DNA of 64,000 nt from Candidatus Uhrbacteria bacterium GW2011_GWF2_39_13. GTDB taxonomy: Bacteria; Patescibacteriota; Patescibacteriia; UBA9934; GWF2-40-263. Numbering within the stretch: the stretch's first letter is position 1; every line of letters begins with the position of its first letter. The stretch spans positions 22,442 through 86,441 of the forward strand of contig LBWG01000001.1 of NCBI GenBank assembly GCA_000993535.1. Direction: 5' to 3'. The notes beneath the pieces are model-generated. The model searched no databases and had not been told where the DNA came from. It saw nothing but the letters and a program-made list of their open reading frames with translations. A program made the translations under genes and the position numbers. Shown one piece after another: positions 46,672-54,263 of this stretch.

Positions 46672-48186
46672 TTAAAAATTGTCATCTAAATATTCAACAG
46701 AACCAAACTCTTCCTCTACATCATAGTCCTCTATAGATTCGATAGGTTCTCCAAAAACATAATTTCCATAAAAAGCATCTGGAATGTCGTCAATCTGTTG
46801 ATTCCAATTTTCCCCATATAAATCTGCAGCAATCTCTTCACTGGCAATGGGTCTTAAGAGACCGCCTATTGAAACGGTATAGACCGTTGAAAAACTCTGA
46901 AATTTGACCATTCTGGTCCCTGGATGATACGTCACATTAGAACCAAGAGGAATGTTAGACATGAATTCTTTCTCTACCTCTAACACTTCATCAAAATTTT
47001 CAAACCAAGTAAAAAAGACCCGCTCGTTGGGGAACGCATGACGCTCATTATTGGTGTAATAATAGACAGCATGGCATGGGTCATCTACAGAAGCGGCTTC
47101 TTCGCAAGAAAGTTTAATGAGACTACCTATTTCGGTTTCAAAAAATTCTTCTCCAAATAATTCTTCGAGAAAGTCTACAAAGGCTTCTTCATCTAATGTT
47201 TCTTCTTCTGCTGAATAAAGATAAACAGAAGAAAACACATCGTCATGAGAACCTGCTACCCAAAATTGAGAATCGTTTTCATAATAAGCCGTATAAAAAG
47301 TAACGTCCTCCTCCACAAATTCTTCTAAGATCCATGTAACCCCGCCATCTTCAGACAAAAGGACAACACTATCGCCAGCAACCACTATATGATCACCTGA
47401 AACTTGAATGTCATAAAGATCTTGATCTACAAGACCCTCTACAGAAACGTCTGACCAGCTAGAGCCTGCATCCGTTGTTTTTTTAAACGTGCCGTTTTCT
47501 CCAATCACCCAACCAATGGATGAAGATTCAAAATAAACCCCCTGAAGATTTTCTGTCCCGACACGTCCCAAATTAACCCAAGAAAGTCCTCCATTTACAG
47601 CCTTAAGCACGCGTCCTCCCCCGCCCACAATCCAAGCGGAACCGTCTCCATTATCTTGCGCGGCATAGAGAGGTTCTGTCACTTCAACCGAAGCCGTGAA
47701 CCACTTTCCGTTAGCAAGATAAAGAATCATTCCGCTAGAACCTACGATATATCCGTAAGAAGAAGACCGATCAATATCATACAAATGAGCAGAAACTCCC
47801 AAAGAAAGCGAGGACCAGTGCTGTCCCTGATCCGAAGATTCAGCATAGGTTCCAGATTCGCCCACAGCGACTAAATCACCGTCAGTTTCTGTCATAACAT
47901 CATGCCACCATGTGCCTGAAACGTTGGAATTCAGAACCCATGATTCCCCCTGGTCTTGTGAAGTCATGATCGATCCGCTGTTTCCAACAGCCACAAGAAC
48001 ATCTCCTGCCTTGGTTATTCCACGAATACTTTGTATGGTTCCAAAATCCTGTTCAATCCAATAAGAGGAATTGGCAGCCAAAACGGTTGGCGTCAAGAGA
48101 GAAGAAAAAAGAAAAAGAACAAGAACGGACCAAAAAAGATTGATCCTAAAAAAAGTATTGATCATATCCCTTTTATTGTAACACAA
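46672..48186 (-). CDS. secreted BNR/Asp-box repeat protein with C-terminal module shared with the giant surface protein
   Basis: 504 aa. Signal peptide. About 5 S-x-D-x-G-x-[ST]-W repeats (SQDQGESW, SSDQGQHW, AVNGGLSW, TTDAGSSW, SEDGGVTW). The C-terminal ~120 aa are ~45% identical to the N-terminus of the 1245-aa protein. Confidence 0.78.
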   Translation of the reverse strand: MCYNKRDMINTFFRINLFWSVLVLFLFSSLLTPTVLAANSSYWIEQDFGTIQSIRGITKAGDVLVAVGNSGSIMTSQDQGESWVLNSNVSGTWWHDVMTETDGDLVAVGESGTYAESSDQGQHWSSLSLGVSAHLYDIDRSSSYGYIVGSSGMILYLANGKWFTASVEVTEPLYAAQDNGDGSAWIVGGGGRVLKAVNGGLSWVNLGRVGTENLQGVYFESSSIGWVIGENGTFKKTTDAGSSWSDVSVEGLVDQDLYDIQVSGDHIVVAGDSVVLLSEDGGVTWILEEFVEEDVTFYTAYYENDSQFWVAGSHDDVFSSVYLYSAEEETLDEEAFVDFLEELFGEEFFETEIGSLIKLSCEEAASVDDPCHAVYYYTNNERHAFPNERVFFTWFENFDEVLEVEKEFMSNIPLGSNVTYHPGTRMVKFQSFSTVYTVSIGGLLRPIASEEIAADLYGENWNQQIDDIPDAFYGNYVFGEPIESIEDYDVEEEFGSVEYLDDNF

Positions 48187-48228
48187 AACTTTGATTTAAA
48201 ACTCAAAAGATCTCTCGTGGAACGAGAT

Positions 48229-48265
48229 CTTTAAAAACCAAAACCCGCATCCTTAGATGCGGGTT
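48229..48265 (-). terminator. intrinsic terminator after the giant surface-protein gene
   Basis: aacccgcatc-ctta-gatgcgggtt stem. On the minus strand it is followed by TTTTGGTTTTT. Confidence 0.6.
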
Positions 48266-48310
48266 CATGGTTTTGAATCTTCTCGTGGAACGAGAAAGAG
48301 TCAATTGGTA

Positions 48311-51300
48311 TTACTTAGCCCAAGTCTCGCCAGAGAGGTCGAGGTTCTTGATTAAGTATCCAACAGTCCAGTCACCTGAACCGGTTTCTACAGAAGCGTC
48401 ATGTGATTCACCTGAAGAATCAGACCAGATGAAGTTGTAAGCTGAATTGCTACTTGAATCAGCTGTACAAGCGCTACTGACTTGTGCATCAAGCTCCCAG
48501 ATATCTCCTGCGCCTGAATCTTCAAGACAGAGATCTGTTCCATTGTGAGCTGTATCACCGGCAAGGTAAATGGAGAAATAATCTTCATCACCTGTGTCAG
48601 AGTCAGAGTCAAATCCGGTTGGGGTAGCACGCAACGTGTAGGTTACGGTTTCACCAGCAGAAATAACATCTTCATTTGTATCCCAGATAACTACAAGGGC
48701 TGTACTTGCTTCGACAACACCTGAGGTATCCTCAACGTCGTTACCGGACTCGTCTTGAATAGCAACAGCTGTGCTGCTGGTTGAGATATCAACACCGTTC
48801 TTGTAAAGCTTCCAGCTTTCCATTTCGAGCGTATCGACATCAACACCATCGGTCCAAGTAATTGGGAGTTTGATCTGTTTAAGAGCCACTGGACCATTGC
48901 TGTCAGCAGTCACAGTGAACTTGTAGACGTCAGCGGATTGTCCGTTTACGAGTGTGCTATTTGTAAGATCAATAAGGGATACGGTTGGAATTGAATTGTA
49001 AGCACGGATTTCATTTCCATCGCGATCAGTTGCTTCCGTTGACACAGCTCCGTTTGAATCGGAGTAGCGAACTGAATCAAGGGCGAGAGCGAGGTTCTGT
49101 TGTGAGCTAGCACCACCTGCACCAATATCGTTCAAGACAAGCTTGGCGGTAATGGTCTTGGTAGAACCAGCTGGAACAGAGATATGAAGACCTGTGATAA
49201 GAGCTGCTCCGTTGGCAACAGAATCACCAGAGGTTTGTGCAAACACGGCTGATCCTAGCAAGCTAGAACCATCGTACAATTCAGCTTTTGTGACCACTCC
49301 AGAAGCTGCGGCTGAACCAACAGACACCTGAACTTGATCAATCGTGTAGCTTTCACGAACAGCAGTGAACTTATACTTAGCAGCTTCAACGGTTTGTCCA
49401 CCAGCAACAGCTTTAGCGACTGGAGTAGATCCATCAATTGCTGTTGAGAATGTGCCGGAAGTGTACCAAGTAATAGACTGACCTGTGACGTCGGAACCAT
49501 CAATACCTGTTCCTGAGCTAGAAGCGGTTGCATCTACATCAAGATCAGCAGAGATAACGTCATCACCATCGGTGTCATCTGTTACAGAAGTGGCAACGTT
49601 GGCGTAAGCATTGACGTAAATCGTCTCGCCTTTTGCAAGAGTGTAATTGAGTGACCAGGTGTTAGAGGTAAGAGAAACGGAAGTCTTTACAGACGTCTCG
49701 TGATCATCACCTGCTGGACCATAGGTCAAGTACAAACTTGAGTAGTCAGCGGCAGCACTTGCATCAGAAACAGCAGCAGAAAAGTCAACGTCAAATTGTG
49801 TGAGGTTAACATCTTCTGTGGTGTTGGCGGTTATGGTCCATGAACCGACTTTGTACTCCGTTTTTGGAGCTACAGCGGACTGGTTGGCATAACTGGTGTT
49901 CTTTGCTGGGGTCAATGCACCTGTGCGAACGGTGAGGGTATTTCCTTCAACATCAGCAGCAGGGCGGGAAATGTAAGAACCAGAGGTCATACGAAGCACG
50001 TTGCTTGAAGCAGAACCTGCATCGATCTGAACCTGAATGGTGTCGTTAGCAGCAACGTCATTGGTTCCATCACTGTCATACACATCAGCACGAACTTCCA
50101 AGGTCACTGGAGAACCAGGATAGACAATGAAAGAAGAACCAAAGGTATAAGTGCTATAAGCCTGAGTTGCATCGGCATCACCAGCAATAGCTGCTGTTGA
50201 ACCAACTTGGTCACCATCAACGTACAAAGCACCATTTCGCAAAGTATAAGCGGTGTCAGTGTCATCCTCATCAATCTGGACTCCAAGAGATTCAATCTTC
50301 ATAGCCTCACCTGTAGCCTTCACTTCGAAGGATCCCAAAGATGCGCTAGAGGCAAGGTTGATAAGATCTCCGGAAGCAGATGTAGAGAGTTTTGTGAAGG
50401 TGATATCACCTGAAGCAAGGGTCTGAGCATAAGCATCACGAGCAGAGAAGGTTGTGCTGTTTGCTTGGACTAAGATTGGTTGATCGTAATCGTCTTCAAT
50501 AAAGACAGCGTCAGCTGTGTTTCGAAGACCAACAGTGACGGTTCGAGTTGAACCACCCCAAATATCAACCAACACTTTAATGGTGTGAGCACCGGTGTTC
50601 ATTTTTACTGGGTTTGTTGAAAGATCGAAGGTAACATAGCCATCTTCATCTTGTTCAACAACCACAGGACCGTAGTTGATACCAGCTACGTAAAGCATCC
50701 AGTTTCCAAGGTCTTCAGCATTGATGGAACCAATGTTGCGGAATCGCAAAACACTGAGCCATGCTTCGTTATTACCAACGGTCACACTATTCTCCCAAAC
50801 ACGGAAGTCATCTTCAGGGGAAGGTGTTCCATCAGAAGATGGTTGTGTGGTCGTAGCAAAACTGACAGTACCAAAGTTAGAAACAGAAGCGATTGTGTGG
50901 GTTGCAGAAGAAATCGCTGAACCTGTTGAGGCATAGGAACCACTGTAAGTAACATCATCTGGATCAAGAGAAACTCCAACGGTTTGACCAGAAGTGCTTG
51001 TAGCAATATCTGAACGAACAGCAACGGTTGCTGTTTCACCAGCTGGAATTGTGAAAAGTCCACTTGAATTGTTCCAAGAAATGGAACCACTAGAAACAGT
51101 GGCGGCATCACTCATACGAACCCAACCATCAAAGAGGTAAAGGTTTGAGAGTGTGGTATCAGAAGAAACACCTTGACGACTTAACTTCACTTTTGTGACA
51201 ACGATATCTTTTGAAGATGCGTTGGTGAAGTCGTAAGAAGCCAGGTGAGCAATACCTTGTCCAGACACGAGGGTGCTAGCAGATGGAGAATCATCAGAGA

Positions 51301-52048
51301 GAGAGATCTCAACCATTTGAGTTTCTGAATACTCTTCTGTATCAACCATTTGAGCAGCATCGGTCAAATAAGCGAGTTCGCTATCGATATCCTCACCTAA
51401 ATCCATGCTGTCTAGATCAACACCTGTTCCGTCCAGAACAAAACCGTCCTGGAACATGTTTGCTGACATACCTGCGTCTGAAACTCGGTGGAATTCACCT
51501 TCCCAAATAAGGTAAGTGTGTGTTCCATCACTCCAGAGCATACCCTCATAACCTTCTGAAGCGTCAATGAGAGAATCTCCAACAGTGTAATCAACAAAGA
51601 AAACGTCTGGAACATCATCGATGTTTTTGTTCCAATCGCTTCCAGCAAGACCTTGAGCAACTTCTTCAGACTCAATCCAGTGGATTGAACCGTCAACAGC
51701 TACAGCATAAGTCTTTTCATCGCTAGTAATTTTGATCCATCGTGAACCTGGGCGGTAGACGATATTACCAGCAAGAGTGATGTCAGCGAGATCTTCATCA
51801 GAAATCGTTACAACATCATCAAAATCTTCGAACCAAGAAAAATAGGTCTTTTCATTTGGGAATGAATAGCGTTGACCATCAGAACCGTAATAATAAACGG
51901 TTGAAAGGGTTTCACCCTTGATCAGGTCACCGAACTCAGCGGCAGAAGCCTGTGAAGGCACAAGTGCGGAAAAACCAGCTGTTGCCAAAATGGTAGCAGT
52001 GGCGACCACAAACGTGAACGCTTTTTTCAATCGGAGAGAATTAGACAT
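48311..52048 (-). CDS. giant secreted surface protein (1245 aa, S/T/D/G/V-rich, predicted beta-rich; adhesin/S-layer-like)
   Basis: Signal peptide (ATILATAGFSALVPSQASA). The N-terminal ~120-aa module is shared with the BNR protein. The long T/S/D-rich body has no stops. It has its own terminator and lies upstream-adjacent to an ECF sigma/anti-sigma pair. Confidence 0.78.
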   Translation of the reverse strand: MSNSLRLKKAFTFVVATATILATAGFSALVPSQASAAEFGDLIKGETLSTVYYYGSDGQRYSFPNEKTYFSWFEDFDDVVTISDEDLADITLAGNIVYRPGSRWIKITSDEKTYAVAVDGSIHWIESEEVAQGLAGSDWNKNIDDVPDVFFVDYTVGDSLIDASEGYEGMLWSDGTHTYLIWEGEFHRVSDAGMSANMFQDGFVLDGTGVDLDSMDLGEDIDSELAYLTDAAQMVDTEEYSETQMVEISLSDDSPSASTLVSGQGIAHLASYDFTNASSKDIVVTKVKLSRQGVSSDTTLSNLYLFDGWVRMSDAATVSSGSISWNNSSGLFTIPAGETATVAVRSDIATSTSGQTVGVSLDPDDVTYSGSYASTGSAISSATHTIASVSNFGTVSFATTTQPSSDGTPSPEDDFRVWENSVTVGNNEAWLSVLRFRNIGSINAEDLGNWMLYVAGINYGPVVVEQDEDGYVTFDLSTNPVKMNTGAHTIKVLVDIWGGSTRTVTVGLRNTADAVFIEDDYDQPILVQANSTTFSARDAYAQTLASGDITFTKLSTSASGDLINLASSASLGSFEVKATGEAMKIESLGVQIDEDDTDTAYTLRNGALYVDGDQVGSTAAIAGDADATQAYSTYTFGSSFIVYPGSPVTLEVRADVYDSDGTNDVAANDTIQVQIDAGSASSNVLRMTSGSYISRPAADVEGNTLTVRTGALTPAKNTSYANQSAVAPKTEYKVGSWTITANTTEDVNLTQFDVDFSAAVSDASAAADYSSLYLTYGPAGDDHETSVKTSVSLTSNTWSLNYTLAKGETIYVNAYANVATSVTDDTDGDDVISADLDVDATASSSGTGIDGSDVTGQSITWYTSGTFSTAIDGSTPVAKAVAGGQTVEAAKYKFTAVRESYTIDQVQVSVGSAAASGVVTKAELYDGSSLLGSAVFAQTSGDSVANGAALITGLHISVPAGSTKTITAKLVLNDIGAGGASSQQNLALALDSVRYSDSNGAVSTEATDRDGNEIRAYNSIPTVSLIDLTNSTLVNGQSADVYKFTVTADSNGPVALKQIKLPITWTDGVDVDTLEMESWKLYKNGVDISTSSTAVAIQDESGNDVEDTSGVVEASTALVVIWDTNEDVISAGETVTYTLRATPTGFDSDSDTGDEDYFSIYLAGDTAHNGTDLCLEDSGAGDIWELDAQVSSACTADSSSNSAYNFIWSDSSGESHDASVETGSGDWTVGYLIKNLDLSGETWAK

Positions 52049-52289
52049 AATAATTTTAGAATGTGTATTTTACCCGGGCTTTTTTAATAAATGTTATACC
52101 CAGGTGAACCTTTTTAGCCCTGGTTAGGGGCTTAATTTAATTACGAGTAACGACCTTTTGGGTCTCGACCTTTCTCATCACTCGCTAATTAATGAATTCA
52201 TTCACTCCTCCATATAAATAATGAAGAAGTGAGTCAGAGCCCTTTCCATTTCAAAGAAAGGACCTAGACTCATGAAATAATGACCGTTT

Positions 52290-53258
52290 TTAATTTTGTG
52301 TTGGCTGAATCTCTCCTGTTTGTTCTATAGTAACTTCTGTCTGAGCCTGTGTTGTTTCTTCTGTTACCTCTGTCTCCTCTTTCAAAAGGATTTCCTGATT
52401 ATAAGAAAAATCTTTTAAAACCTGAAAAGCTCGTCTATAAGATCCTTCGACACGCAATGCTTGTACCGTTTCAACAGCTACTTCTGAGTCTGTACCATAC
52501 AATGATTGTATTGAAGCGATCTCTACCTGAAGCGCTACATCAAGTTCGTAAGCGCTTTCTTCATCTTGTTCTTGCTCGTGTGCGGTAATAATAACCTCAA
52601 CAACTTGATCCTTTGTTTCTTCCAATAGATCTTCAACTTCTCCTAACACTTCATCAGGCAATTCAGAGGTGGTAGATGCAACCGTCGAAGAATACACATT
52701 CACTTTACGCCCCACTGTCTTTGCTAATTCTGTTTGGGAATCGGATGCTTCTTTTACTTGAAGCTCTTCTTGAATATTGGTGACTTCGTCCTTAAAACGA
52801 TTAACCGCCAACTGAACCTCTGCTGGTTGACGATGTTCAACCAAAGAAGCAATTTGAACCATTTCTTCTAAACGACGACTGGCAAATTCAACTTTAAGAT
52901 TTGCACGTTGTTGGGAGGTAAATGCTAAAGCGAGTTGCGCTTTTTCCATACCAATTTTAATAGGATAGAACGTATCGCCCGGCAATGCATGAGCAGAGAC
53001 ATTCCCCACAGAAAGCCAGCCTGAAATGGCAAAGAAAAAAACAGCGACCGTTGCAGCAACAGGTTTTAACAAAACATGACTGATCTTCCATAGTGCATAG
53101 GTAAGATAATCTCCCATGTGATAACGACCAGGAACGGTGTTTTGATCAAACCCGTTGGTACGAGCAAATCGCTGCCAAGAAGAACGTGCATCAAAACCGC
53201 CCCCTAATGAGGGGTCATCTTTCAAAGAACAAAGGAGTTTGATGAGTTCTTTATCCAT
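52290..53258 (-). CDS. membrane-anchored putative anti-sigma factor (DUF5667-like)
   Basis: 322 aa. Single TM helix after an ~80-aa N-terminal cytoplasmic segment, followed by an acidic helical extracytoplasmic domain. The start overlaps the upstream ECF sigma gene by 8 nt. Confidence 0.55.
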   Translation of the reverse strand: MDKELIKLLCSLKDDPSLGGGFDARSSWQRFARTNGFDQNTVPGRYHMGDYLTYALWKISHVLLKPVAATVAVFFFAISGWLSVGNVSAHALPGDTFYPIKIGMEKAQLALAFTSQQRANLKVEFASRRLEEMVQIASLVEHRQPAEVQLAVNRFKDEVTNIQEELQVKEASDSQTELAKTVGRKVNVYSSTVASTTSELPDEVLGEVEDLLEETKDQVVEVIITAHEQEQDEESAYELDVALQVEIASIQSLYGTDSEVAVETVQALRVEGSYRRAFQVLKDFSYNQEILLKEETEVTEETTQAQTEVTIEQTGEIQPTQN

Positions 53259-53835
53259 AAAATTTATTATGTTTTTTCAATATCTCACGAAGTTTCTTAA
53301 TAGCTCGGTGTAACAAAACGGAAGTGGCATTCTGCGTTTTTCCTAAATGACGTGCAATTTCCTTTACAGAATGTCCTTCTAAATAACGCATAATAACCGC
53401 ATCACGATCATCATCAGAAAGTTCCTGTAACCCCTGTTTCATAATAGAGGTATCGACAAACTCTTCTAACTGTTCTGATTCGTTTTCTTTAGCTAGATCT
53501 ATTTGCCCTTCTTGTGTCCCGATAGAGAGATTCCCCATCTCCTTTTCACGTGATCGGTAGAACTCGGCAATAACTCCACGAGCGATTGTGTGAAGCAATC
53601 CGGAGACATGTTGAACGGACTGAGTAATGGCATACTCCCATAATCTGATACAGACGAGGGAATAAGCGTCCTCAACATCGTGCTGTGTGGGAAGCTTGAA
53701 ATAAAGGAAACGTTGAATAATAGAACCGTATGTTTCAAGCAAAGACGCAAAAGCGCTTTCGTCCTTAAAAACACGAATCCGAAAAAGGAGGAATTGTTCA
53801 TTTGGACGCTTCACATGAGTAGTCGATGAAAACAA
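53251..53835 (-). CDS. RNA polymerase sigma-70 family, ECF-type sigma factor
   Basis: 194 aa. Region 2 and region 4.2 HTH (DRDAVIMRYLEGHSVKEIARHLGKTQNATSVLLHRAIKKLR). Confidence 0.8.
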   Translation of the reverse strand: MFSSTTHVKRPNEQFLLFRIRVFKDESAFASLLETYGSIIQRFLYFKLPTQHDVEDAYSLVCIRLWEYAITQSVQHVSGLLHTIARGVIAEFYRSREKEMGNLSIGTQEGQIDLAKENESEQLEEFVDTSIMKQGLQELSDDDRDAVIMRYLEGHSVKEIARHLGKTQNATSVLLHRAIKKLREILKKHNKFYG

Positions 53836-53966
53836 TCAAAATCTTACACAATGAAAGAAAAATACCTTAAGACAGCAAAAAAAACAAGGACGTCATTGAC
53901 AAATTCTTAATTTTTGGCTACACTTGTGTTGACAAAATACTTCATCCACATTCTCCCATTTACTCT

Positions 53967-54263
53967 ATGAAACCAGTCATTCGTCTCTCTGTTTCAGAAG
54001 CAGCTAAAATGTTTGGAATTAGCCAACGCACGGTCAGACGAGCTATTCAAAATAGCGAAGTGACCTATGTTGTGGTTCAAGGACGTTATAAACTCAATTT
54101 TGAGTCGCTTTTACGTTGGTCTCAACGAACAACCACGGTAAAAAACAAACGAGACAAAAAAGGAATTGGTCAGTATGTTGATAAATGGAAAATCAGCAGC
54201 AAACTTTATTCCCCAAACCCAAAAACATTAGACGAAGAAACAGATGCCACAACATCGGTATGA
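53967..54263 (+). CDS. small HTH DNA-binding protein (excisionase/MerR-like HTH_17 type)
   Basis: 98 aa. LSVSEAAKMFGISQRTVRRAIQNSEV matches the Xis/AlpA-type helix-turn-helix. The stop overlaps the downstream gene start (ATGA). Confidence 0.55.
   Translation: MKPVIRLSVSEAAKMFGISQRTVRRAIQNSEVTYVVVQGRYKLNFESLLRWSQRTTTVKNKRDKKGIGQYVDKWKISSKLYSPNPKTLDEETDATTSV

Noticed and set aside
53967-54263. Excisionase-like HTH gene as evidence of a prophage or integrative element
   Set aside because: No integrase, phage structural genes or attachment-site repeats were seen anywhere in the window. It is coupled to a secreted enzyme gene and is more likely a local regulator.
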